Assembly (NCBI RefSeq): GCF_009914755.1
Contig: NC_060933.1
Reading direction: 5' to 3' (one strand)
From: the human T2T-CHM13v2.0 reference genome, Homo sapiens
Length of the DNA stretch: 64,000 bases
Part shown: positions 39,569 to 52,200 of the stretch, piece by piece
Position numbering within the stretch: the stretch's first letter is position 1
How the letters are laid out: each line of letters begins with the position of its first letter
Program-made: the position numbers and the translations under genes
The notes under the pieces: generated by a model
What the model was told of the DNA's origin: nothing
The model's database searches: none
What the model saw: the letters and a program-made list of their open reading frames with translations, nothing else

Positions 39569-42500
39569 CATTCTCAGAAACTTGTTTGTGATGTGTGTAT
39601 TCAACTAACAGAGATGAACCTTTCTTTTTAGAGAGCAGTTTTGAAACACTCTTTTTGTGGAATCTGAAATTGGATATTTGGACAGCTTTGAGGATTTCGT
39701 TGGGAACGGGATTTCATATAAAACCTAGAGAGAAGCATTCTCAGGAACTTCTTTGTGATGTTTGCATTCAAGTCACAGAACTGAACATTCCCTTTCATAG
39801 AGCAGGTTTGAAACACTCTTTCTGTAGTATCTGCAAGCTGACGTTTCAAGCGCTTTCAGGCCTATGGTGAGAAAGGAAATATCTTCAAGTAAAAACTAGA
39901 CAGAAGCATTCTCAGAAAGTTATTTGCCATGTGTGTTCTGAACTAACAGAGTTGAACCTTTGTTTTGATACGGCATTTTGGAAACACTCTTTTTGTAGAA
40001 TCTGCAGGTGGATATTCGGATAGTTTTGAAGGTTTCGTTGGAAACGGGAATATCTTCATATTAAATCTAGACGGAAGCATTCTCAGAAACTGCTTTGTGA
40101 TGTTTTCATTCAAGTCACAGAGTAGAATGTTCCCTTTTATAGAGCAGGTTTGAGACACTCTTTCTGCACTACCTGGAAGTGGACATTTGGAGCGCTTTGA
40201 GGCCTATGATGAAAAAGGAAATATCTTCCCATAAAAACTAGACAGAAGCATTCTCAGAAACTTGTTTGTGATGTGTGTATTCAACTAACAGAGATGAACC
40301 TTTCTTTTTACAGAGCAGTTTTGAAACACTCTTTTTGTGGAATCTGAAAGTGGATATTTGGATAGCTTTGAGGATTTCGTTGGAAACGGGATTACATATA
40401 AAATCTAGAGAGAAGCATTATCAGGAACTTCTTTGTGATGTTTGCATTCACGTCACAGAACTGAACATTCCCTTTCATAGAGCATGTTTGAAACACTCTT
40501 TCTGTAGTATCTGCAAACGGACATTTCAAGCGCTTTCAGGCCTATGGTGAGAAAGGAAATATCTTCAAATAAAAACTAGACAGAAGCATTCTCAGAAACT
40601 TATTTGCGATGTGTGTTCTCAACTAACAGAGTTGAACCTTTGTTTTGATACAACATTTTGGAAACACTCTTTTTGTAGAATCTGCAAGTGGATATTTGGA
40701 TAGCTTTGAAGGTTTCGTTGGAAACGGGAATATCTTCATATAAAATCAAGACAGAAGCATTCTCAGAAACTTCTCTGTGATGTTTGCATTCAACTCATAG
40801 AGTTGAACACTTCCCTTCATAGAGCAGGATTGAAACACTCTTTTTGTAGTATTTGGAAGTGGACATTTGCAGCGCTTTGAGGCCTATGTTGAAAAAGGAA
40901 ATATCTTCTCCTAAAAACCAGACAGAAGCATTCTCAGAAACTTCCTTGTGATGTGTGTACTCAAGTAACAGAGTTGAACCTTACTTTTGACAGAGCCGTT
41001 TTGAAACCGTCTTTTTGTAGAATCTGGAAGTAGATATTTGGATACCTTTGAGGATTTCTTTGGACACGGGATATCTTCATATAAAATCTAGACAGAAGCA
41101 TTCTCAGAAACTTCTTTGTGCTGTATGTCCTCAATTAACAGAGTTGAACCTTTGTGTGGATACAGCATTTTGGAAACATTCCTTTAGTAGAATCTGCAAG
41201 TTGATATTTAGATAGCTAGGAAGATTTCCTTGGAAACGGGAATATCTTCATATAAAATCTAGACGGAAGCATTCTCACAAAGTGCTTTGTGATGTTTGCA
41301 TTCAAGTCACAGAGTTGAATATTCCCTTTTATAGAGCAGGTTTGAAACACTCTTTCTGCACTACCTGGAAGTGGACATTTGGAGCGCTTTGAGGCCTATG
41401 TTGAAAAAGGAAATATCTTCCCATAAAAACTAGACAGAAGCATTCTCAGAAACTTGTTTGTGATGTGTGTATTCAACTAACAGAGATGAACCTTTCTTTT
41501 TACAGAGCAGTTTTGAAACACTCTTTTTGTGGAATCTGAAAGTGGATATTTGGATAGCTTTGAGGATTTCGTTGGAAACGGGATTACATATAAAATCTAG
41601 AGAGAAGCATTCTCAGGAACTTCTTTGTGATGTTTGCATTCAAGTCACAGAACTGAACATTCCGTTTCATAGAGCAGGTTTGAAACACTCTTTCTGTAGT
41701 ATCTGCAAGCTGACGTTTCAAGCGCTTTCAGGCCTATGGTGAGAAAGGAAATATCTTCAAGTAAAAACTAGACAGAAGAATTCTCAGAAACTTATTTGCC
41801 ATGTGTGTTCTCAACTAACAGAGTTGAACCTTTGTTTTGATACGGCATTTTGGAAACACTCTTTTTGTAGAATCTGCAGGTGGATATTCGGATAGCTTTG
41901 AAGGTTTCGTTGGAAACGGGAATATCTTCATATAAAATCAAGACAGAAGCATTCTCAGAAACTTCTCTGTGATGTTTGCATTCAACTCATAGAGTTGAAC
42001 ACTTCCCTTCATACAGCAGGTTTGAAACACTCTTTTTGTAATATTTGGAAGTGGACATTTGCAGCGCTTTGAGGCCTATGTTGAAAAAGGAAATATCTTC
42101 TCCTAAAAACCAGACAGAAGCATTCTCACAAACTTCCGTGTGATGTGTGTACTCAAGTAACAGAGTTGAACCTTACTTTTGACAGAGCCATTTTGAAACA
42201 GTGTTTTTGTAGAATCTGGAAGTAGATATTTGGATACATTTGAGAATTTCTTTGGAAACGGGATATCTTCATATAAAACCTAGACAGAAGCATTCTCAGA
42301 AACTTCTTTGTGCTGTATGTCCTCAATTAACAGAGTTGAACCTTTGTGTGGATACAGCATTTTGGAAACATTCCTTTAGTAGAGTCTGCAAGTTGATATT
42401 TAGATAGCTAGGAAGATTTCCTTGGAAACGGGAATATCTTCATATAAAATCCAGACGGAAGCATTCTCAGAAACTGCTTTGTGATGTCTTCATTCAAGTC

Positions 42501-43992
42501 ACAGAGTTGAATATTCCCTTTTATAGAGCAGGTTTGAAACACTCTTTCTGCACTACCTGGAAGTGGACATTTGGAGCGCTTTGAGGCCTATGTTGAAAAA
42601 GGAAATATCTTCCCATAAAAACTAGACAGAAGCATTCTCAGAAACTTGTTTGTGATGTGTGTATTCAACTAACAGAAATGAACCTTTCTTTTTACAGAGC
42701 AGTTTTGAAACACTCTGTTTGTGGAATCTGAAAGTGGATATTTGGATAGCTTTGAGGATTTCGTTGGAAACGGGATTATATATAAAACCTAGAGAGAAGC
42801 ATTCTCAGGAACTTCTTTGTGATGTTTGCATTCAAGTCACAGAACTGAACATTCCGTTTCATAGAGCAGGTTTGAAACACTCTTTCTGTAGTATCTGCAA
42901 GCTGACGTTTCAAGCGCTTTCAGGCCTATGGTGAGAAAGGAAATATCTTCAAGTAAAAACTAGACAGAAGCATTCTCAGAAACTTATTTGCCATGTGTGT
43001 TCTCAACTAACAGAGTTGAACCTTTGTTTTGATACGGCATTTTGGAAACACTCTTTTTGTAGAATCTGCAGGTGGATATTCGGATAGCTTTGAAGGTTTC
43101 GTTGGAAACGGGAATATCTTCATATAAAATCTAGACGGAAGCATTCTCAGAAACTGCTTTGTGATGTTTTCATTCAAGTCACAGAGTAGAATGTTCCCTG
43201 TTATATACCAGGTTTGAGACACTCTTTCTGCACTACCTGGAAGTGGACATTTGGAGCGCTTTGAGGCCTATGATGAAAAAGGAAATATCTTCCAATAAAA
43301 ACTAGACAGAAGCATTCTCAGAAACTTGTTTGTGATGTGTGTATTCAACTAACAGAGATGAACCTTTCTTTTTACAGACCAGTTTTGAAACACTCTTTTT
43401 GTGGAATCTGAAAGAGGATATTAGGATAGCTTTGAGGATTTCGTTGGAAACGGGATTACATATAAAATCTAGAGAGAAGCATTCTCAGGAACTTCTTTGT
43501 GATGTTTGCATTCACGTCACAGAACTGAACATTCCCTTTCATAGAGCATGTTTGAAACACTCTTTCTGTAGTATCTGCAAACGGACATTTCAAACGCTTT
43601 CAGGCCTATGGTGAGAAAGGAAATATCTTCAAATAAAAACTAGACAGAAGCATTCTCAGAAACTTATTTGCGATGTGTCTCCTCAACTAACAGAGTTGAA
43701 CCTTTCTTTTGATACAACATTTTGGAAACACTCTTTTTGTAGAATCTGCAAGTGGATATTTGGATAGCTTTGAAGGTTTCGTTGGAAACGGGAATATCTT
43801 CATTTAAAATCAAGACAGAAGCATTCTCAGAAACTTCTCTGTGATGTTTGCATTCAACTGATAGAGTTGAACACTTCCCTTCATACAGCAGGTTTGAAAC
43901 ACTCTTTTTGTAATATTTGGAAGTGGACATTTGCAGCGGTTTTAGGCCTATGATGAAAAAGGAAATATCTTCCCATAAAAACTAGACAGAAG

Positions 43993-46208
43993 CATTCTCA
44001 GAAACTTGTTTGTGATGTGTGTATTCAACTAACAGAGATGAACCTTTCTTTTTACAGAGCAGTTTTGAAACACTCTTTTTGTGGAATCTGAAAGTGGATA
44101 TTTGGATAGCTTTGAGGATTTCGTTGGAAACGGGATTACATATAAAATCTAAGGAGAAGCATTCTCAGGAACTTCTTTGTGATGTTTGCATTCAAGTCAC
44201 AGAACTGAACATTCCCTTTCATAGAGCAGGTTTGAAACACTCTTTCCGTAGTATCTGCAAGCGGACGTTTCAAGCGCTTTCAGGCCTGTGGTGAAAAAGG
44301 AAATATCTTCAAATAAAAACTAGACCGAAGCATTCTCAGAAACTTATTTGCGATGTGTGTTCTCAACTAAAAGAGTTGAACCTTTGTTTGGATACAACGT
44401 TTTGGAAACACTCTTTTTGTAGGATCTGCAAGTGGATATTTGGATAGCTTTGAAGGTTTCGTTGGAAACGGGAATATCTTCATATAAAATCAAGACAGAA
44501 GCATTCTCAGAAACTTCTCTGTGATGTTTGCATTCAACTCATAGAGTTGAACACTTCCCTTCATACAGCAGGTTTGAAACACTCTTTTTGTAATATTTGG
44601 AAGTGGACATTTGCAACGCTTTGAGGTCTATGTTGAAAACGGAAATATCTTCTCCTAAAAACCAGACAGAAGCATTCTCAGAAACTTCCTTGTGATGTGT
44701 GTACTCAAGTAACAGAGTTGAACCTTCCTTTTGACAGAGCAGTTTTGAAGCACTCTTTTTGTAGAATCTGCAAGTGGATATTTTGATACCTTTGAGGATT
44801 TCGTTGGACACGGGATATCTTCATATAAAATCTAGACAGAAGCATTCTCAGAAACTTCTTTGTGCTGTATGTCCGCAATTAACAGAGTTGAACCTTTGTG
44901 TGGATACAGCATTTTGGAAACATTCCTTTAGTAGAATCTGCAAGTTGATATTTAGATAGCTAGGGAGATTTCCTTGGAAACGGGAATATCTTCATATAAA
45001 ATCTAGACGGAAGCATTCTCAGAAAGTGCTTTGTGATGTTTGCATTCAAGTCACAGAGTTGAATATTCCCTTTTATAGAGCAGGTTTGAAACACTCTTTC
45101 TGCACTACCTGGAAGTGGACATTTGGAGCGCTTTGAGGCCTATGTTGAAAAAGGAAATATCTTCTCCTAAAAACCAGACAGAAGCATTCTCAGAAACTTC
45201 CTTGTGATGTGTGTACTCAAGTAACAGAGTTGAACCTTACTTTTGACAGAGCCGTTTTGAAACAGTCTTTTTGTAGAATCTGGAAGTAGATATTTGGATA
45301 GCTTTGAGGATTTCTTTGGAAACGGGATATCTTCATATAAAATCTAGACAGAAGCATTCTCAGAAACTTCTTTGTGCTGTATGTCCTCAATTAACAGAGT
45401 TGAACCTTTGTGCGGATACAGCACTTTGGAAACACTCCTTTAGTAGAATCTGGAAGTTGATATTTAGATAGCTAGGAAGATTTCCTTGGAAACGGGAATA
45501 TCTTCACATAAAATCTAGACGGAAGCATTCTCAGAAACTTCTCTGTGATGCTTGCATTCAACTCATAGAGTTGAACACTTCCTTTCATAGAGCTGGTTTG
45601 AAATACTCTTTTTGTAATATTTGGAAGTGGACATTGGAAGCGCTTTGAAGCCTATGGTGAAAAAGGAGATATCTTCTCCTAAAAACCAGACAGAAGCATT
45701 CTCAGAATCTTTCTTGTGATGTGTGTACTCAAGTAACAGAGTTGAACCTTCCTTTTGACAGAGCAGTTTTGAAGCACTCTTTTTGTAGAATCTGCAAGTG
45801 GATATTTTGATACCTTTGAGGATTTCGTTGGACACGGGATATCTTCATATAAAATCTAGACAGAAGCATTCTCAGAAACTTATTTGCCATCTGTGTTCTC
45901 AACTAACAGAGTTGAACCTTTGTTTTGATACGGCATTTTGGAAACACTCTTTTTGTAGAATCTGCAGGTGGATATTCGGATAGCTTTGAAGGTTTCGTTG
46001 GAAACGGGAATATCTTCATATAAAATCTAGACAGAAGCATTTTCAGAAAGTGCTTTGTGATGTTTTCATTCAAGTCACAGAGTAGAATGTTTCCTGTTAT
46101 ATACCAGGTTTGAGACACTCTTTCTGCACTACCTGGAAGTGGACATTTGGAGCGCTTTGAGGCCTATGCTGAAAAAGGAAATATCTTCCCATAAAAACTA
46201 GACAGAAG
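43993..46208 (+). repeat. 13-mer HOR variant A-B-C-D-E-F-G/D-E*-F-D*-E-C'-G'
   Basis: Anchor gap is 2216 bp. Monomer starts were read at about 43993, 44160, 44331, 44502, 44673, 44843, 45014, 45185, 45355, 45526, 45698, 45867 and 46038. Confidence 0.85.
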
Positions 46209-49200
46209 CATTCTCAGAAACTTGTTTGTGATGTGTGTATTCAACTAACAGAGATGAACCTTTCTTTTTACAGAGCAGTTTTGAAACACTCTTTTTGTGG
46301 AATCTGAAAGTGGATATTTGGATAGCTTTGAGGATTTCGTTAGAAACGGGATTACATATAAAATCTAGAGAGAAGCATTCTCAGGAACTTCTTTGTGATG
46401 TTTGCATTCAAGTCACAGAACTGAACATTCCCTTTCATAGAGCATGTTTGAAACACTCTTTCTGTAGTATCTGCAAACGGACATTTCATACGCTTTCAGG
46501 CCTATGGTGAGAAAGGAAATATCTTCAAATAAAAGCTAGACAGAAGCATTCTCAGAAACTTATTTGCGATGTGTGTTCTCAACTAACAGAGTTGAACCTT
46601 TGTTTTGATACAGCATTTTGGAAACACTGTTTTTGTAGGATCTGCAAGTGGATATTCGGATAGCTTTGAAGGTTTCGTTGGAAACGGGAATATCTTCATA
46701 TAAAATCAACACAGAAGCATTCTCAGAAACTTCTCTGTGATGTTTGCATTCAACTCATAGAGTTGAACACTTCCTTTCATAGAGCTGGTTTGAAATACTC
46801 TTTTTGTAATATTTGGAAGTGAACATTTGTAGCGCTTTGAAGCCTATGGTGAAAAAGGAGATATCTTCTCCTAAAAACCAGACAGAAGCATTCTCAGAAT
46901 CTTTCTTGTGATGTGTGTACTCAAGTAACAGAGTTGAACCTTCATTTTGACAGAGTAGTTTTGAAGCACTCTTTTTGCAGAATCTGCAAGTGGATATTTT
47001 GATACCTTTGAGGATTTCGTTGGACACGGGATATCTTCATATAAAATCTAGACAGAAGCATTCTCAGAAACTTCTTTGTGCTGTATGTCCTCAATTAACA
47101 GAGTTGAACCTTTGTGTGGATACAGCATTTTGGAAATATTCCTTTAGTAGAATCTGCAAGTTGATATTTAGATAGCTAGGAAGATTTCCTTGGAAACGGG
47201 AATATCTTCATATAAAATCTAGATGGAAGCATTCTCAGAAAGTGCTTTGTGATGTTTGCATTCAAGTCACACAGTTGAATATTCCCTTTTATAGAGCAGG
47301 TTTGAAACACTCTTTCTGCACTACCTGGAAGTGGACATTTGGAGCGCTTTGAGGCCTATGTTGAAAAACGAAATATCTTCCCATAAAAACTAGACAGAAG
47401 CATTCTCAGAAACTTGTTTGTGATGTGTGTATTCAACTAACAGAGATGAACCTTTCTTTTTACAGAGCAGTTTTGAAACACTCTTTTTGTGGAATCTGAA
47501 AGTGGATATTTGGATAGCTTTGAGGATTTCGTTGGAAACGGGATTACATATAAAACCTAGAGAGAAGCATTCTCAGGAACTTCTTTGTGATGTTTGCATT
47601 CAAGTTACAGAACTGAACATTCCCTTTCATAGAGCAGGTTTGAAACACTCTTTCTGTAGTATCTGCAAGCTGACGTTTCAAGCGCTTTCAGGCCTATGGT
47701 GAGAAAGGAAATATCTTCAAGTAAAAACTAGACAGAAGCATTCTCAGAAACTTATTTGCCATGTGTGTTCTCAACTAACAGAGTTGAACCTTTGTTTTGA
47801 TACGGCATTTTGGAAACACTCTTTTTGTAGAATCTGCAGGTGGATATTCGGATAGCTTTGAAGATTTCGTTGGAAACGGGAATATCTTCATATAAAACCT
47901 AGACGGAAGCATTCTCAGAAACTGCTTTGTGATGTTTTCATTCAAGTCACAGAGTAGAATGTTCCCTTTTATAGAGCAGGTTTGAGACACTCTTTCTGCA
48001 CTACCTGGAAGTGGACATTTGTAGCGCTTTGAGGCCTATGATGAAAAAGGAAATATCTTCCCATAAAAACTAGACAGATGCATTCTCAGAAACTTGTTTG
48101 TGATGTGTGTATTCAACTAACAGAGATGAACCTTTCTTTTTACAGAGCAGTTTTGAAACACTCTTTTTGTGGAATCTGAAAGTGGATATTTGGAGAGCTA
48201 TGAGGATTTCGTTGGAAACGGGATTACATAGAAAATCTAGAGAGAAGCATTCTCAGGAACTTCTTTGTGATGTTTGCATTCACGTCACAGAACTGAACAT
48301 TCCCTTTCATAGAGCATGTTTGAAACACTCTTTCTGTAGTATCTGCAAACGGACATTTCAAGCGCTTTCAGGCCTATGGTGAGAAAGGAAATATCTTCAA
48401 ATAAAAACTAGACAGAAGCATTCTCAGAAACTTATTTGCGATGTGTGTACTCAACTAACAGAGTTGAACCTTTGTTTTGATACAACATTTTGGAAACACT
48501 CTTTTTGTAGAATCTGCAAGTGGATATTTGGATAGCTTTGAAGGTTTCGTTGGAAACGGGAATATCTTCATATAAAATCAAGACAGAAGCATTTTCAGAA
48601 ACTTCTCTGTGATGTTTGCATTCAACTCATGGAGTTGAACACTTCCCTTCATACAGCAGGTTTGAAACACTCTTTTTGTAATATTTGGAAGTGGACATTT
48701 GCAGCGCTTTGAGGCCTATGTAGAAAAAGGAAATATCTTCTCCTAAAAACCAGACAGAAGCATTCTCAGAAACTTCCGTGTGATGTGTGTACTCAAGTAA
48801 CAGAGTTGAACCTTACTTTTGACAGAGCCGTTTTGAAACAGTGTTTTTGTAGAATCTGGAAGTAGATATTTGGATACATTTGAGAATTTCTTTGGAAACG
48901 GGATATCTTCATATAAAACCTAGACAGAAGCATTCTCAGAAACTTCTTTGTGCTGTATGTCCTCAATTAACAGAGTTGAACCTTTGTGTGGATACAGCAT
49001 TTTGGAAACATTCCTTTAGTAGAATCTGCAAGTTGATATTTAGATAGCTAGGAAGATTTCCTTGGAAACGGGAATAACTTTACATAAAATCTAGACGGAA
49101 GCATTCTCAGAAACTTCTCTGTGATGCTTGCATTCAACTCATACAGTTGAACACTTCCTTTCATAGAGCAGGTTTGAAACACTCTGTGCACTACCTGGAA

Positions 49201-52200
49201 GTGGACATTTGGAGCGTTTTGAGGCCTATGTTGAAAAAGGAAATATCTTCCCATAAAAACTAGACAGAAGCATTCTCAGAAACTTGTTTGTGATGTGTGT
49301 ATTCAACTAACAGAGATGAACCTTTCTTTTTACAGAGCAGTTTTGAAACACTCTTTTTGTGGAATCTGAAAGTGGATATTTGGATAGCTTTGAGGATTTC
49401 GTTGGAAACGGGATTACATATAAAATCTAGGGAGAAGCATTCTCAGGAACTTCTTTGTGATGTTTGCATTCAAGTCACAGAACTGAACATTCCCTTTCAT
49501 AGAGCAGGTTTGAAACACTCTTTCTGTAGTATCTGCAAGCGGAAGTTTCAAGCGCTTTCAGGCCTGTGGTGAAAAAGGAAATATCTTCAAATAAAAACTA
49601 GACAGAAGCATTCTCAGAAACTTATTTGCGATGTGTGTTCTCAACTAACAGAGTTGAACCTTTGTTTTGATACAGCATTTTGGAAACACTCTTGTTGTAG
49701 GATCTGCAGGTTGATATTTGGATAGCTTTGAACGTTTCGTTGGAAACGGGAATATCCCCATATAAAATCAAGACAGAAGCATTCTCAGAAACTTCTCTGT
49801 GATGTTTGCATTCAACTCATAGAGTTGAACACTTCCTTTCATAGAGCATGTTTGAAACACTCTGTGCACTACCTGGAAGTGGACATTTGGAGCGCTTTGA
49901 GGCCTATGTTGAAAAAGGAAATATCTTCTCATAAAAACTAGACAGAAACATTCTCAGAAACTTGTTTGTGATGTGTGTATTCAACTAACAGAGATGAACC
50001 TTTCTTTTTACAGAGCAGTTTTGAAACACTCTTTTTGTGGAATCTGAAAGTGGATATTTGGATAGCTTTGAGGATTTCGTTGGAAACGGGATTACTTATA
50101 AAATATAGGGAGAAGCATTCTCAGGAACTTCTTTGTGATGTTTGTATTCAAGTCACAGAACTGAACATTCCGTTTCATAGAGCAGGTTTGAAACACTCTT
50201 TCTGTAGTATCTACAAGCGGACGTTTCAAGCGCTTTCAGGCCTGTGGTGAAAAAGGAAATATCTTCAAATAAAAAGTAGACAGAAGCATTCTCAGAAACT
50301 TATTTGCGATGTGTGTTCTCAACTAACAGAGTTGAACCTTTGTTTTGATACAGCATTTTGGAAACACTCTTTTTGTAGGATCTGCAGGTGGATATTTGGA
50401 TAGCTTTGAAGGTTTCGTTGGAAACGGGAATATCCTCATATAAAATCAACACAGAAGCATTCTCAGAAACTTCTCTGTGATGTTTGCATTCAACTCATAG
50501 AGTTGAACACTTCCCTTCATACAACAGGTTTGAAACACTCTTTTTGTAATATTTGGAAGTGGACATTTGCAGCGCTTTGAGGCCTATGTTGAAAAAGGAA
50601 ATATCTTCTACTAAAAACCAGACAGAAGCATTCTCAGAAACTTCCTTGTGATGTGTGTACTCAAGTATCAGAGTTGAACATTACTTTTGACAGAGCCGTT
50701 TTGAAACAGTCTTTTTGTAGAATCTGGAAGTAGATATTTGGATAGCTTTGAGGATTTCTTTGGAAACGGGATATCTTCATATAAAATCTAGACAGAAGCA
50801 TTCTCAGAAACTTCTTTGTGCTGTATGTCCTCAATTAACAGAGTTGAACCTTTGTGCGGATACAGCACTTTGGAAACACTCCTTTAGTAGAATCTGCAAG
50901 TTGATATTTAGATAGCTAGGAAGATTTCCTTGGAAACGGGAATATCTTCACATAAAATCTAGCCGGAAGCATTCTCAGAAAGTGCTTTGTGATGTTTGCA
51001 TTCAAGTCACAGATTTGAATATTCCCTTTTATAGAGCAGGTTTGAAACACTCTTTCTGCACTACCTGGAAGTGGACATTTGGAGCGCTTTGAGGCCTATG
51101 TTGAAAAAGGAAATATCTTCCCATAAAAACTAGACAGAAGCATTCTCAGAAACTTGTTTGTGATGTGTGTATTCAACTAACAGAGATGAACCTTTCTTTT
51201 TACAGAGCACTTTTGAAACACTCTTTTTGTGGAATCTGAAAGTGGATATTTGGATAGCTTTGAGGATTTCGTTGGAAACGGGATTACATATAAAACCTAG
51301 AGAGAAGCATTCTCAGGAACTTCTTTGTGATGTTTGCATTCAAGTCACAGAACTGAACATTCCCTTTCATAGAGCAGGTTTGAAACACTCTTTCTGTAGT
51401 ATCTGCAAGCTGACGTTTCAAGCGCTTTCAGGCCTATGGTGAGAAAGGAAATATCTTCAAGTAAAAACTAGACAGAAGCATTCTCAGAAACTTATTTGCC
51501 ATGTGTGTTCTCAACTAACAGAGTTGAACCTTTGTTTTGATACGGCATTTTGGAAACACTCTTTTTGTAGAATCTGCAGGTGGATATTCGGATAGCTTTG
51601 AAGGTTTCGTTGGAAACGGGAATATCTTCATATAAAATCTAGACGGAAGCATTCTGAGAAACTGCTTTGTGATGTTTTCATTCAAGTCACAGAGTAGAAT
51701 GTTCCCTGTTATATACCAGGTTTGAGACACGCTTTCTGCACTACCTGGAAGTGGACATTTGGAGCGCTTTGAGGCCTATGATGAAAAAGGAAATATCTTC
51801 CCATAAAAACTAGACAGAAGCATTCTCAGAAACTTGTTTGTGATGTGTGTATTCAACTAACAGAGATGAACCTTTCTTTTTACAGAGCAGTTTTGAAACA
51901 CTCTTTTTGTGGAATCTGAAAGTGGATATTTAGATAGCTTTGCGGATTTCGTTGGAAACGGGATTACATATAAAATCTAGGGAGAAGCATTCTCAGGAAC
52001 TTCTTTGTGATGTTTGCATTCAAGTCACAGAACTGAACATTCCCTTTCATAGAGCAGGTTTGAAACACTCTTTCTGTAGTATCTGCAAGCGGACGTTTCA
52101 AGCGCTTTCAGGCCTGTGGTGAAAAAGGAAATATCTTCAAATAAAAACTAGACAGAAGCATTCTCAGAAACTTATTTGCGATGTGTGTTCTCAACTAAAA

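Noticed and set aside
7755-41783. Recurrent GAATTC at the monomer junction (7755, 14051, 31914, 41778) as a functional signal
   Set aside because: It is a single C-to-A change from GCATTC. Two copies are explained by duplication and the rest are compatible with chance or conversion.
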